Shown: positions 49,013-60,107, counted from the stretch's first letter. The stretch is DNA of 64,000 bases from an uncultured Gammaproteobacteria bacterium (GCA_963748215.1 CAVVHS010000003.1:96001-160000), one strand, 5' to 3'. Notes: a model not told the origin generated them from the letters alone. Numbers and translations: made by a program.

Positions 49013-50140
49013 ATGGCCCGCTCGTTTACCGCTGCAGATCCTGCCTGGAAAAGCCTTTCCATGCCGGCGCTGGCCTGGCGAAAGCCCTTCCTGCAGGCGG
49101 TCGGCGCATGGAGCCAGTCCCTGTCGGAATCTCATCCGCGCCTCTACCTGCTGTTTGCTGCCACCAGCGCGCTCGCCGGTTATCTGTGGCTTCTGCTGTT
49201 TCCGTGGCTCGTATTCGCCAGTGGCCATGGCCTCTATGAGGTGGTCAGCAGCGGTTCGGACATGGCCTGGGGCCGGGTGTTCACCTGGCTGGTCGTTGGT
49301 GCGTGCTCCGCCCTGGTCAGCTACCGCCTGTACAGGTTCAGGCCGGCGTTGTCCGCAGGCAATACCCTCGACAGCACGACACATTCGGCACTGTTCCGGC
49401 TGGTCGCGGACCAGTCCAGGCACTACCGCGGTACCCGCATCGACCACATCGTGCTGTCCAGTGACTTCGGCGTGGATATTCTGAAAACCCTGCGCTTTGC
49501 ACTGCCCGTGCGCACAACGACTACCCTCGTAATCGGTCAGCCACTGTTGCAGTGTCTGTCAGTGACCCGCTTTCAATGCGCCCTGGCGCGGCGGCTGGGT
49601 CAGTTCTCGATGCGTTACAACCGGCTGGAAAACTGGCTGTATCAACTGCGTGGCATATGGCCGCAGTACTGTGATCTGGCGAGCATGCAAGGGTTCGGTT
49701 ATCAGCCGGTCGCGTGGTTTTATGCTGTCTATGCGCCGGTCTACAACATGATCGCCGCGCCCGCGGCGTGCCTCGACGAACTGGCCGCGGACCACTATGC
49801 GATGGAGTTGTTCAGCGACGAGGAAGTGCTGGACACGATCACCACCCAGATGGTGTGCCAATACTACCTCAGGGAAAAATACTGGCCTGTCGTCAGGAAG
49901 TATGCGGCTAGGAATAGCCGGGTCCTGGACAAGATACATTCAGGCATGGCCTCGGTGTTGCGCGCCGGTCTGCAGGCTGACACTGTCGGCCACTGGCTTG
50001 CGCAGACCGTGTCTGCCGAAGACCGTTGCGGTGATACCGTCCCGTCCCTGGCAAGACGTATGGATAACATCGGGTTCGGGGGCACCCGGATGGATGTGCT
50101 CACATCCGAGCCTGCTGCCGGTGTCTACCTTGTGAAATAA
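49013..50140 (+). CDS. M48/HtpX-like membrane protein lacking the HExxH motif
   Basis: TM segments, LVIGQPLLQCLS..FQCALARRLGQF, ELAADHYA, PSLARR. Confidence 0.65.
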   Translation: MARSFTAADPAWKSLSMPALAWRKPFLQAVGAWSQSLSESHPRLYLLFAATSALAGYLWLLLFPWLVFASGHGLYEVVSSGSDMAWGRVFTWLVVGACSALVSYRLYRFRPALSAGNTLDSTTHSALFRLVADQSRHYRGTRIDHIVLSSDFGVDILKTLRFALPVRTTTTLVIGQPLLQCLSVTRFQCALARRLGQFSMRYNRLENWLYQLRGIWPQYCDLASMQGFGYQPVAWFYAVYAPVYNMIAAPAACLDELAADHYAMELFSDEEVLDTITTQMVCQYYLREKYWPVVRKYAARNSRVLDKIHSGMASVLRAGLQADTVGHWLAQTVSAEDRCGDTVPSLARRMDNIGFGGTRMDVLTSEPAAGVYLVK

Positions 50141-50201
50141 AGGTTGCGGCAGGCAGCAGTATTCGGTCAGACGACCTGCCTGGCCTCATTCCGGCCGGGT
50201 G

Positions 50202-50684
50202 TTATTCGGGAAACCTGAAAGTGAAATAATCGCCCAGCGCCTCCTCGATCTGCGCCTGGGTGACCGGTCGCCCCTGAAGCGGCCAGTCGAAGTACTCGCA
50301 AACCATCGGCATGATCCCGGGCTGGCGCTCCGACTTCAGTCGGATGGTCTTGTAGAAACGCTTGGTATGCGGGTGGTTTTCCCACTCCTGCTGACTGCTG
50401 TAGGCGGTGATCAGGAAGGTGTCGGGCTGGATGACGCGGGGGCCGAGATCCCTGACCTCGAAACGACAGGCAACCTCGGAACTGCTGGCCGCCGGGAGAG
50501 GCTTCCCGTGCTGCAGCATGATATGCGCCCGCTGTGCCGGAATGGTCAGCTCCCGGTTCAGCACCAGTTTCGTGCCGGACGGCATCTTGAACCAGATCGA
50601 ACTGCGGTCGTCGGTCGCCATGGACTGGCAACCGGCCAGTAACAGGCAGACAATTATCAGGTAGCGTACCTTCATATCATCCAT
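50202..50684 (-). CDS. Lipoprotein
   Basis: LLAGC lipobox. Confidence 0.75.
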   Translation of the reverse strand: MDDMKVRYLIIVCLLLAGCQSMATDDRSSIWFKMPSGTKLVLNRELTIPAQRAHIMLQHGKPLPAASSSEVACRFEVRDLGPRVIQPDTFLITAYSSQQEWENHPHTKRFYKTIRLKSERQPGIMPMVCEYFDWPLQGRPVTQAQIEEALGDYFTFRFPE

Positions 50685-50696
50685 CCGCAGGGTTCA

Positions 50697-50733
50697 GGGG
50701 CCGGATACGGTATATAAAGAAGTACCCGGCCCC
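50697..50733. repeat. Family G hairpin
   Basis: ggggccggatac...gtacccggcccc. Related copies at 48252-48288 and 52261-52300. Confidence 0.65.
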
Positions 50734-50745
50734 TTTTTTGCTGTG

Positions 50746-51135
50746 CTAGATCCGGGTGAAGACGTTTGTCACGCCCAGCAGTTCCAGGATCAGTAGCACG
50801 ATGAAAACAATGCCGATCACCGCGACGACGTTGCCACCTGCCGGCAGCTCCCGCATCCCGGTGGACAGTTGCGCCAGTTCTGCATCGGTGAGGGCGTTGA
50901 GGCGCACTTCCACGTCCGCAGGGTTGACGCCCAGGTCCAGCATCTGCGTTCTCACATCGTCCCGGGCCAGCACGTTCTGGATCTCGGTCATGTGCCGGTT
51001 GCGGGTATCGGCGGAGAGAATCTGATCGGTACCGACCAGGCCGGCGTAGGATGCGGCGGGGAAGGTGGTAAAGATGAAGTTGATCACCAGCATGAATATA
51101 CCGGCTTTTTTCCAGAGAACGGTTTGCATTGGCAT
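50746..51135 (-). CDS. PA2779-like family protein
   Basis: LARDDVRTQMLDLGV.PADVEVRLNALTDAEL...PAGG plus hydrophobic tail. Confidence 0.8.
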   Translation of the reverse strand: MPMQTVLWKKAGIFMLVINFIFTTFPAASYAGLVGTDQILSADTRNRHMTEIQNVLARDDVRTQMLDLGVNPADVEVRLNALTDAELAQLSTGMRELPAGGNVVAVIGIVFIVLLILELLGVTNVFTRI

Positions 51136-51683
51136 TTCCCTCGTGCGATGTTGATTGTTGCGGATCAGGTACAGACGATGAGTGACTCACCGGGATATTA
51201 GGGGTTTTCCCCTCGCGGAAGCAATGGTGGGGGTGAAGTTTCACGAACTGCCCGCCCGATGAGCTGACACCGTCGGTAGTGCGGGCAGCATGCAGCCCGC
51301 ACTATCACATAAAAACAGGAGGTAGATCCGGAAGGCAGCAAAGGTGCCGGAGCCGCTCGATCCCCAACCCGCGCCACCCCGGCAGTGGGGGGAGATTCCC
51401 AGCCCGGTTTTTTCGGCCGGGCATTTTCCATGCCGTATGTGGTGTTGCGGCCGACTCAAGTTCCCCGGCAACTATATTTTTTGAATGACCGGTTACCAGG
51501 CAGTAAACCGCCAGGACGTTTTCTTATACTCAGAGCGGTGTAACGCATGCTGCGGCGCCGGTTGAACCGGCACCGCGCATTACCCCGGGGACATTGACTC
51601 ACGCGTGCCCCGGGACCGGCATGCGGCGCACCACCGGGAAGCGCCGGCATGGTGTCCGGCATCCCAACCCCGAGGAGACTTTA

Positions 51684-52253
51684 ATGCGTGAAATATACAG
51701 TACTGCAAGCGGTATGCTGCTGGTATCGGCACTGGTGTTGACGGTAAATGTGCATGCCGAAAGCGTGGTGGCGCCAGCCACTGACGGGAAAATGATTGCA
51801 AGTGCGATGACCGCGGCGCCGGACGAGGTGGCGCAGAACGCCAGCATAGTGGCCATGGAGGCTGACGGCAGCATGCGCACCTTGCGCGCCGGCAGCAATG
51901 GGTTTACCTGCATGGCAGACAATCCGGCGACGCCCGGCCCCGACCCCATGTGCATGGATGAAAATGCCATGGCCTGGGTGCATGCCTGGGTTGCTCATGT
52001 CGCACCTCCGCAAGGCAAACCCGGCTTCATGTACATGCTGGCCGGTGGAACGGATGCCAGCAATACGGATCCGTATACCACCAAACCCGAGGGCAACAAT
52101 CACTGGATCAATACCGGTCCGCACGTGATGGTCGTGGGTGCCGATGCCAGCTTCTACGATCAGTATCCGAAGAGCGCTGACCCCGACACATCCGTTCCCT
52201 ACATCATGTGGGCGGATACACCTTACCAGCACATTATGGCGCCGGTGAAGTGA
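51684..52253 (+). CDS. Secreted Met/His-rich hypothetical protein
   Basis: Signal peptide, SAMTAAP, GSNGFTCM, DPMCMD, GPHVMV, WADTPYQHIM. Confidence 0.8.
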   Translation: MREIYSTASGMLLVSALVLTVNVHAESVVAPATDGKMIASAMTAAPDEVAQNASIVAMEADGSMRTLRAGSNGFTCMADNPATPGPDPMCMDENAMAWVHAWVAHVAPPQGKPGFMYMLAGGTDASNTDPYTTKPEGNNHWINTGPHVMVVGADASFYDQYPKSADPDTSVPYIMWADTPYQHIMAPVK

Positions 52254-52312
52254 TCAACGTGGGCCGGATACAATTTCCATCAGAAAAAGTATCCGGCCCC
52301 GTTATTACACAA

Positions 52313-52993
52313 CTACCTGGTCTTCTGAATGACGACGCGCGCAACCGGGTTGCGCCAGTCATAGAGTGCGGGTTCCAGGTTGCCAATGCCGTGAATACCG
52401 CTGTGAACATGCACGAAACCTTCGCCGCCCACGCCGGGTGAGCCGCCTGTACCACCACACACGGGGCCCGGGATGCTGATGCAAAGCTCGTCGTTGGGCT
52501 CGCTGCCGGCATCGTAGGCAGGGCCATACGCGACGCTGCTGCTGCGGCCATTCGGCAGCGGCAGGTTCTGGAACGAGAAGAAGGCATCATTGGTCGGGAT
52601 CAGCATGGAGGCCAGGGAAATGCGGTCGCGCGCTGATCCGGTCGTGATCTGGATGGTCACGGACACGCCGGGATCCAGCAGGCCGTCGGACGTGGCGGTG
52701 CTTCTGACGATCGGATTTGCGTCCAGGGCATCGTTCAATGGCACTGTGTCTCCGCCTTCGGCCAGGGCGGCCAGGGCTTCGCTCGCCGCCTCGCCGGCGT
52801 TGAACAACAGGTGATCTGCCGGCCGGTGACTGGCCACGAGAATGGGGGTAAAGGATACGCCCCGGGTCAGGTTGGTAATGGTGACATCGTAGGTATGGCC
52901 GCGACTGTAATCGGCAGCCAGGGCCGCAGTACCGAGTAATGCGGTTGCCAGCCCCGCCATGACGGATAAATGAGTTTTGAAGTTTGCTTTCAT
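52313..52993 (-). CDS. Spondin-domain secreted protein
   Basis: YDVTITNLT, FTPILVASH, ALAEGGD, SMLIPTNDAF, YDAGSE.NDE. Confidence 0.88.
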   Translation of the reverse strand: MKANFKTHLSVMAGLATALLGTAALAADYSRGHTYDVTITNLTRGVSFTPILVASHRPADHLLFNAGEAASEALAALAEGGDTVPLNDALDANPIVRSTATSDGLLDPGVSVTIQITTGSARDRISLASMLIPTNDAFFSFQNLPLPNGRSSSVAYGPAYDAGSEPNDELCISIPGPVCGGTGGSPGVGGEGFVHVHSGIHGIGNLEPALYDWRNPVARVVIQKTR

Positions 52994-53083
52994 CGTGTTC
53001 CTCCTGAAGAAATACTGACCATTGGCTGGGTCCGGGTTGCAAGCAGAGCCCGGGTATGCGCAATGAAAGACTAGTCTCGAGAG

Positions 53084-53127
53084 TTCACGGAACCATCCCG
53101 GAACTATCACAATTCGTTCACGAGATG
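53084..53127. promoter_or_regulatory. Four 11-bp-spaced direct repeats, putative OmpR/PhoB-type operator
   Basis: ttcacggaacc/atcccggaact/atcacaattcg/ttcacgagatg. Confidence 0.5.
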
Positions 53128-53362
53128 AAGTCGCGTGACTGGAGTCACGCTCCCGGAACAGGATGCGCTATGCACGTGCGTGAAACGCACCCTGCTGTTA
53201 CGCTTTCCCGGGCAGGTGCGCTGTGTGCGCCATGCCCGGTGCGTGAAACGCACCCTGCCGACCGCGGGACTGGCCCTGGTTCATGCATCACGGCCGTGAT
53301 ATTTGCGTGATAGCTGCCTGCTAGGCTGGCAATGGACGAACCACTGATCAGGGCGTATCAAC

Positions 53363-53452
53363 CGTCATGGCGAGGAATGGAATGACGAAGCAATCCCCGG
53401 CTGATTGATAAAGAAAGCTTTAACAGGTTGCTTCGCTTCGCTCGCAATGACG
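53363..53452. repeat. gtcattgcgag-type palindromic doublet
   Basis: cgtcatggcgag...gaagcaatc ... gttgcttcgcttcgctcgcaatgacg. Confidence 0.7.
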
Positions 53453-53516
53453 CCACAATCAGTGCTTCATAGGTCATTATTATGAATCTCCTGCCGCAAG
53501 GACTGTCTGTTTGAAC

Positions 53517-54239
53517 ATGACGAAGCGCATCCTGGTCATTGAAGACAACGCGGACATCGCGCGGCTGGTGATGGTGAACCTGAGCGGCAAGCAGTTGCTG
53601 GTCGAGCATGCGGCCGACGGCCGGGTCGGTCTCGAACAGGCGTTGACCGGACGCTTTGACCTGGTCATTCTCGACCTGATGCTGCCCGGTATCGACGGGC
53701 TGGATATCTGTCGCCGCTTGCGTGACGGGAAAGTCTTTACGCCGGTGCTGATGCTGACGGCGCGCACCTCGGAGCTGGACCGCGTGCTTGGCCTCGAGGT
53801 TGGCGCCGATGATTACCTGACCAAGCCGTTCAGCGTGCCGGAACTGGTGGCGCGGGTGAATGCCATGCTGCGCCGCGCCGGGCAGTACCAGCCTGCGGAG
53901 GCGATGCCGTCGGGCCAGCCGCTGCATTGCGGGGAGTTGCACATCGATCCGGATCTGCGCCAGGTACACATCGGCGGCCAGGCGGTCGAGCTGACTGCGC
54001 GCGAGTTCGATCTGCTCTGGCACTTTGCCAGTCATCCGGAACGGGTGTTCACGCGAGGTCAGCTGCTCGACAGTGTTTGGGGCTATGGCCATGCCGGCTA
54101 CGAACACACCGTCAATTCGCACATCAACCGCCTGCGCGCGAAAATCGAGCAGGATCCGGCCCGACCGCGTTACGTGCTCACCGTCTGGGGCGTTGGCTAC
54201 AAGTTTGCCTGCAGCGCAGCCGGGCAGGCGATGGCGTGA
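53517..54239 (+). CDS. OmpR-family response regulator
   Basis: ILVIEDN, ILDLMLP, GADDYLTKPF, winged-helix LTAREFDLL...TVWGVGY. Confidence 0.93.
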   Translation: MTKRILVIEDNADIARLVMVNLSGKQLLVEHAADGRVGLEQALTGRFDLVILDLMLPGIDGLDICRRLRDGKVFTPVLMLTARTSELDRVLGLEVGADDYLTKPFSVPELVARVNAMLRRAGQYQPAEAMPSGQPLHCGELHIDPDLRQVHIGGQAVELTAREFDLLWHFASHPERVFTRGQLLDSVWGYGHAGYEHTVNSHINRLRAKIEQDPARPRYVLTVWGVGYKFACSAAGQAMA

Positions 54240-55720
54240 TGCTGCGCACCCTCTACAGCCGGCTGGCACTGACCCTGTTTGTCCTGCTGTGCGTCGTCGG
54301 CGTGATCCTGATCCAGGTGATCGGGCGATCCAGCACGCTCTACCAGCAGGAGGTCGCGCAGAAGCTGAACCGTGATCTCGCCACGTACATCGTGGAGAAG
54401 CACCGGTTGTTCGAGGGTGCGGGCATCAACCGGCCTTCGCTGGATGCTTTGTTTGACCAGATGATGGTGATCAATCCGAGTATCGAGGTCTACCTGCTGG
54501 ATGCGGCCGGCATCATCCTCAGCTACAACGCACCGCCCGGCGCCGTGCAGCGCGAGCGCGTTGCGCTGGAACCGATTCGTGCCTACCTGTCAGGTGACGC
54601 ACGTTACCCCGTCCGGGGCGACGACCCGCGCAGCAGCACGGGCCGCAAGGTGTTCTCCGCGGCCGCTGTGCCGGGTGCCGCGGGCGTGCAGGGCTACCTG
54701 TACATCGTGCTCGGCGGCGAGCAGTACGAGCACGTTGCCGGGATGATCGGCAGCAGCTACATCCTCGACTCCGCGCTGGCAGTGTTGATGATTGCGCTGG
54801 TCACGGCGCTGGGTGGCGGTCTGCTGGTATTCGCCGTGCTCACCCGGCGCCTGCGCGTGCTCGGCAATGTCATGCGCCGCTACAGCGGCGAGCAGACCGA
54901 TGCGAGCGTTGCCGGGCGCTATCCGGGCACATCGGATGATGAAATCGATACCCTCGGTCGGCAGTTCAACGCCATGGCCGACAAGATCGGCACGCAGCTG
55001 GATACACTCAGGCGCATGGACAGCATGCGCCGCGAAATGGTGGCGAACATTTCGCACGATCTGCGCACGCCCCTGACCACGCTGCGCGGTTACCTCGAAA
55101 CGCTGGACCTGCAGCACGGCACGCTGGATGAACGGCAGCAGCGCGAATACCTGCAGACGGCACTCGCTCACAGCCAGCGGCTGGCCGACATGGTGGAGGA
55201 GCTGTTCGAGCTGGCGCGGCTGGATTCCTGCGAGTCGGTGGTGTACGCCGAACCGTTCTCGATGTGCGAACTGGTGCAGGACGTGTGCCAGAAATACCTG
55301 CTGCGTGCCCGCGAGAAATCCATCACGCTGGATGTCGACCTCAACCCGGACACGCCACCGGTGTACGGCGACATCGGCATGATGCAACGGGTGCTGGAAA
55401 ACCTGCTGGAAAACGGTTTGCGCCACACACCGGCTGGCGGTCGCATCCGCATCGGCGTGGATGTGGACTCCGGCAACGTCGTGGTGCAGGTGGCGGACAC
55501 CGGCTGCGGCATACCGGAAGAGGATATGCCGCGTATCTTCGAGCGCTTCTATCAGCGCGACAAGCACCGCTCGGGCAGTGACAACGCCGGACTCGGGCTG
55601 GCCATCGTGCGACGTATCCTGGAGCTGCACGGCAGCGTGATCCAGGTCAGCAGCGATCTCGGCAGGGGGACGACCTTTTCCTTCCGACTCCCCGCGGGGT
55701 CAGGGAGCGGAGTCAATTGA
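54239..55720 (+). CDS. HAMP-domain sensor histidine kinase
   Basis: Two TM segments, SHDLRTPL, NLLENG, DTGCG, FERFY, GLGL. TGATG coupling to the regulator. Confidence 0.93.
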   Translation: MLRTLYSRLALTLFVLLCVVGVILIQVIGRSSTLYQQEVAQKLNRDLATYIVEKHRLFEGAGINRPSLDALFDQMMVINPSIEVYLLDAAGIILSYNAPPGAVQRERVALEPIRAYLSGDARYPVRGDDPRSSTGRKVFSAAAVPGAAGVQGYLYIVLGGEQYEHVAGMIGSSYILDSALAVLMIALVTALGGGLLVFAVLTRRLRVLGNVMRRYSGEQTDASVAGRYPGTSDDEIDTLGRQFNAMADKIGTQLDTLRRMDSMRREMVANISHDLRTPLTTLRGYLETLDLQHGTLDERQQREYLQTALAHSQRLADMVEELFELARLDSCESVVYAEPFSMCELVQDVCQKYLLRAREKSITLDVDLNPDTPPVYGDIGMMQRVLENLLENGLRHTPAGGRIRIGVDVDSGNVVVQVADTGCGIPEEDMPRIFERFYQRDKHRSGSDNAGLGLAIVRRILELHGSVIQVSSDLGRGTTFSFRLPAGSGSGVN

Positions 55721-56002
55721 TCGAAGGCCTGTCACCGCCTTTTCGGATAACGCAAAGTCTGCAGTGTTTGCCGAAGTCCTGATGGCGGCGCACGGCATTC
55801 TTCATGGCGAGGCGCCGGGCCATGTAATCGATTCGGCAATCCACCGGCTTGATCAAAACAGGTGACTTTATCGGCGCAATGGACAGGACGGTGCCGGGCG
55901 TGTTTGCCCGCTGGTACCAAAGGACAATATACGGGTGCTGCTGCTGCCGCTATCGTATTAACCGTGGCACACATAATAAGTCTCCTCCCAATAAGCCACT
56001 TT

Positions 56003-56040
56003 CACACCCCGCTCATGGATGACGCGGGGTGTGTTTTATT
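56003..56040. terminator. Intrinsic terminator-like hairpin
   Basis: cacaccccgc...gcggggtgtg followed by ttttatt. Confidence 0.45.
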
Positions 56041-56159
56041 GTGCCGGTAGTGGCAACGCCCGACGGAATAAATGAAAATGGCGCCTGGGCGCCAGTCATC
56101 CGGACATCCGCCCTATCCGGAATGGTGTGCGCAGCAACTCGCTGACAGGGAACCCCCGC

Positions 56160-56876
56160 ATGCAGGAACATAGCAGAACCGCATCATTCATCCTGGGCCT
56201 GTCCATCTTCCTCGGCCTGCTTGCCCTGGGTTATCTGCTGGGTGAGGCGGCGATCAGCTTCAAGGAGTACGAACGGAGCGTGACGGTCAAGGGCCTGTCG
56301 GAGCGCGAGATCGACGCCGATATCGTCATCTGGCCGATCCAGTTCACCGCGGCCAGCAACGATCTGGCCGAACTGTATGGTTCCATCGAGGCCAGCACCA
56401 CCCGGATCCGGGGATTCCTGGAGGCAAGCGGCTTGACGGCGGATGAAATCAGCGTGGCGTCTCCCACCATTACCGACAAGTCAGCGCAGCAATACGGCGA
56501 GAAACGGGCCGAGTTCCGCTACGCGGCGGTGCAGACAGTCACCGTCTATACGAACAAGATCGTGACCGCACGAGCGGTCATGGCCAGGCTGTCCGAACTG
56601 GGCAAGCAGGGCATCGTGTTTTCCGGTGCCAACTACCAGGCCCGGACGGAGTACCTGTTCACCCGCCTTAACGAGGTCAAGCCGGCAATGATCGAGGAGG
56701 CGACGCGCCAGGCGCGGGAGGTTGCGGAGAAATTCGCGGCCGATTCACAAAGCACGCTGGGAAAGATCAGGCGCGCTTCGCAGGGGCAGTTCAGCATTTC
56801 GGACCGGGACCAGAACAACCCGCAAATAAAAAGAGTGCGGGTGGTCTCGACGGTGGAATACTACCTGTCGGACTAA
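56160..56876 (+). CDS. SIMPL (DUF541) domain protein
   Basis: RSVTVKGLSERE..AD..IWP, KPAMIEEAT..AR, ASQGQFSI, RVVSTVEYYL. Confidence 0.9.
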   Translation: MQEHSRTASFILGLSIFLGLLALGYLLGEAAISFKEYERSVTVKGLSEREIDADIVIWPIQFTAASNDLAELYGSIEASTTRIRGFLEASGLTADEISVASPTITDKSAQQYGEKRAEFRYAAVQTVTVYTNKIVTARAVMARLSELGKQGIVFSGANYQARTEYLFTRLNEVKPAMIEEATRQAREVAEKFAADSQSTLGKIRRASQGQFSISDRDQNNPQIKRVRVVSTVEYYLSD

Positions 56877-57317
56877 ACGATAATCCGGAAATTCAAGGTT
56901 CCTGCCGCAAGCTGTCATTGCCCGTGATGGCCGTGTTTCTATATATTTCCGCCTCATGGGTGTGTTCAGCATGCCGATCCGGGCCGTGTGCGAGTCAATG
57001 TACACGTCTGAAACCGGCCCCATGATGACGGCGCTGAACGTCCTTTTCACCCGCCTCACCGTTCTCGTTGTTGCAGACCACATCACCACCACCCAGCCGA
57101 CCCCGGTCCCGGACTGGGCGCAGTTCGGACAGATTCAGCCCGGGAGGTCGCGCGTCAAGGCGATCTGCGATCTCGTCCACGGGCATCCCGTCTTCGGCTG
57201 CCGGCATGCCCGGGTGGCCGCGCCTGGTGCAATCAGACGGCAGGGAGTGTGACAAATCGCATTCATTTCCTTATCGTTCCACCAGCAACCAACACTTACT
57301 GATCGAGGACGAGCCCG

Positions 57318-58427
57318 ATGAAAGCAAAAGCCGCCGTTGCCTGGGAGGCAAAACAGCCCCTGTCGATTGAAATGATCGATGTCGAAGGCCCAAAACAGGG
57401 CGAGGTGCTGCTCAGGGTCATCGCCTCGGGTGTCTGCCATACGGATGCGTTCACCCTGTCCGGTGACGATCCCGAAGGCGTGTTCCCGGCCGTGCTGGGC
57501 CACGAGGGCGGCTGCGAAGTGGTGGAGTGCGGTCCCGGCGTCAAGGGCCTGCGGCCGGGCGATCACGTGATACCGCTGTACATACCCGAGTGCGGTGAAT
57601 GCGAGTACTGCCGGTCAACAAAGACCAACCTGTGCCAGTCCATTGCCTCCACGGTGTGGACCGGCTTCATGCCCGACGGCACGCGGCGCTTTTCCATGAA
57701 CGGCAAGCCGATTTACCACTACATGGGCTGCTCGACGTTTTCCGAATACACTGTGGTCCCGGAGATCGCCCTGGCCAAGATCAACCCGGCGGCGCCGCTG
57801 GACAAGGTCTGCCTGCTGGGCTGCGGTGTCACCACCGGCATCGGCGCGGTGGTTAACACGGCAAAGGTTGAACCCGGTTCCACGGTGGCGGTATTCGGCC
57901 TCGGCGGTATCGGCCTGTCCTGTATCCAGGGCGCCGTGATGGCCGGGGCGGAACGCATCATCGCCGTGGATATCAATCCGGGCAAGTGGGACATGGCCCA
58001 GGCGCTGGGCGCGACGGATTTCGTCAACCCGAAGGAATTGAGCGGCAGCGTCAGGGAAGCCATCGTGGAAATGACCAGTGGCGGTGTCGACTATTCCTTC
58101 GAATGCATCGGCAATGTGCACGTGATGCGCGAGGCGCTGGAGTGTACCCACATGGGCTGGGGCGTCTCGACCATCATCGGCGTGGCCGGCGCCGGCCAGG
58201 AAATCAGCACCCGTCCCTTCCAGCTGGTCACCGGCCGCACCTGGAAGGGCACTGCGTTCGGCGGTGTGAAGGGACGCACCGAGCTGCCCGGCTACGTGGG
58301 CCGCTACCTGGGTGGTGAAATCGAGCTGGACAGGATGGTGACCCACACCATGCCGCTGGAGGATATCAACCGGGCCTTCGACCTGATGCACAGCGGCGAA
58401 AGCATCCGCTCCGTGATTATCTTCTAG
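57318..58427 (+). CDS. frmA: S-(hydroxymethyl)glutathione dehydrogenase / class III alcohol dehydrogenase
   Basis: [27 protein letters not shown]...[20 protein letters not shown]. Confidence 0.95.
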   Translation: MKAKAAVAWEAKQPLSIEMIDVEGPKQGEVLLRVIASGVCHTDAFTLSGDDPEGVFPAVLGHEGGCEVVECGPGVKGLRPGDHVIPLYIPECGECEYCRSTKTNLCQSIASTVWTGFMPDGTRRFSMNGKPIYHYMGCSTFSEYTVVPEIALAKINPAAPLDKVCLLGCGVTTGIGAVVNTAKVEPGSTVAVFGLGGIGLSCIQGAVMAGAERIIAVDINPGKWDMAQALGATDFVNPKELSGSVREAIVEMTSGGVDYSFECIGNVHVMREALECTHMGWGVSTIIGVAGAGQEISTRPFQLVTGRTWKGTAFGGVKGRTELPGYVGRYLGGEIELDRMVTHTMPLEDINRAFDLMHSGESIRSVIIF

Positions 58428-58456
58428 GAATTCTCGAGCATCCCGGGGGCTTTCAA

Positions 58457-58730
58457 ATGCTGAAACAGAGCGAAAGTATCCAGGCATTCGGCGGCTGGTT
58501 GATCCGCTGCCGGCATCCGTCCACGAGCTGTCAGTGCAGCATGACCTGATCAGTGTACCTGCCACCGCAGGCCGAAACGGCAAAGGTCCCTGCCGTCTAC
58601 GGCTGTCGGGCCTGAACCGCACCGATGCGAGTTCCTGGCCGAACAGCTGTACTCGCAGGATATGCAGGTGGCCTACGCAGGGAAGGCTACGACCACAGCT
58701 TCCATTTCGTCACGTTCATCGGCAAACAGC
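58457..58730 (+). pseudogene. S-formylglutathione hydrolase remnant with internal deletion
   Basis: AFGGW...H.STSCQCSMT*SVYLPPQA...VP, then EGYDHSF within about 270 bp. Confidence 0.7.
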
Positions 58731-58811
58731 CGGCCTGGCATGCCAGGGCGCTGCAGGGATAGCTAACTGTGCAGTGAAAAGGCAGTCAGGCTCCTCACAG
58801 CGAAGCCTGCT

Positions 58812-58910
58812 TCAGAAGCCGGTCTTGTCCATGACCAGTATTGCTGCCGGGATCAGGGCCGCGATAAATATCAGTGCCCCGCAGATGGATGAGTAGATCG
58901 TCCGTATCAT
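58812..58910 (-). CDS. 32-aa hydrophobic peptide, paralog 2
   Basis: MIRTIYSSICGALIFIAALIPAAILVMDKTGF*, RBS aagggggg. Confidence 0.6.
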   Translation of the reverse strand: MIRTIYSSICGALIFIAALIPAAILVMDKTGF

Positions 58911-59351
58911 CGACAGGTCCCCCCTTGTCCAGATGGTGATGTCATGCCGCTGCCCGGGTCAATCCAGCGTAAGGCGGCTGGAGTCGTCCCGACCCCGCCG
59001 GGTATGCCGGTATTTCGGCTAACCGGGCTAACTGTATTCTGCAAATAACATGCCAGAAACCCGATTTCTGTAAGTGGTTCATTCACAAGCGCAAGTGAAT
59101 AGGCGTGCCGGCGCGGCACACCGCATGCTGCGCTCAACTGGTGCATGCCGGTCGCTAACGCACCAGATTAACGCCGATCGGGTGGCAGACGAAGGTGCCG
59201 GCCGGTTTGGGGAATGCAGGTCTGTCGTCCTGGAAACGGCGCTGGCAATGCATGTTTTGGAGTGTCTGCCCGGGCCATGTGCGAGAGCGACCACGGGTAC
59301 TTCCCGGTACAGCGTGCTCGCACTCACGTGATTTACGAATTAATCAGAGAG

Positions 59352-60107
59352 TTACTGGAAGTAAAATCCGCCGTTTTTCCTGCAGGGTGCATGCGCCTTG
59401 TTCAGAACCGTGCCTGCAAGATGGTCGCTGCCGATCATCTCGACGGCGAGTTCCGTATCCTGTTTCGTCGTGACGCCATCCTCGATGACCAGCAGGGTGG
59501 TGTCCGCCTGCCGGGCCAGGGAAGCTGCCTCGGTCGATGCCAGTACCGGGGGCAGGTCAGAGATAACGATGTGGTTGTGCGCACGTGTCTTCAGGTCCAG
59601 GGTGAGCTGTTTCATCTGTCGCGAATTCAGCGGCCCGTATGAATCGTGCAGCGGTTCTCCGCCCGGCAATATCAGCAGCTCGTCGAAGTGAGCGGACCTG
59701 ATGAGCAGTTTTTCCACGGCCACATCATCAGCCAGGTAGTCGCCCAGTACCCAGCCTTCCGGAAGTACCAGATGTCCCAGTACCGCGCGCTGGCGCAGGT
59801 TGATGGCGGTGAGTGTCTTACCCGCGCCTTCGCGCGCGCTGGTGATGGCGAGACTATTCCAGCTGTTTTCCCTGAAGCGGCGCAGGACCTGCGTGCGCAG
59901 CAGGTGACAGGGCTACGCGAAGGGGCCGGGTGCGTTACCGGTCAGGACATGGTTTTTCACGTAATACGCCGGTATCGAGCGTGACGGACTGAGCCTGTGA
60001 ATAATCGATCCTGAACTGCCCGGCGCGCGGCGGACCGGCTGGTGCTGGCGGCACATCGTGCCTGGCCGTGTCCGATCGCCAGAGGTCTGCCGCGGTTTGC
60101 ATCATGT
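59352..60107 (-). pseudogene. CpsD/CapB-like tyrosine-kinase (EPS) gene, frameshifted
   Basis: IDYSQAQSV, LLRTQVL, AITSAREGAGKTLTAINL, DLPPVL, LLVIEDG.T, GTVLNK across broken frames. Confidence 0.75.

Noticed and set aside
55732-55974. 80-aa minus-strand ORF with a strong RBS
   Set aside because: The RBS is good but the peptide has no recognisable features, so support is insufficient.
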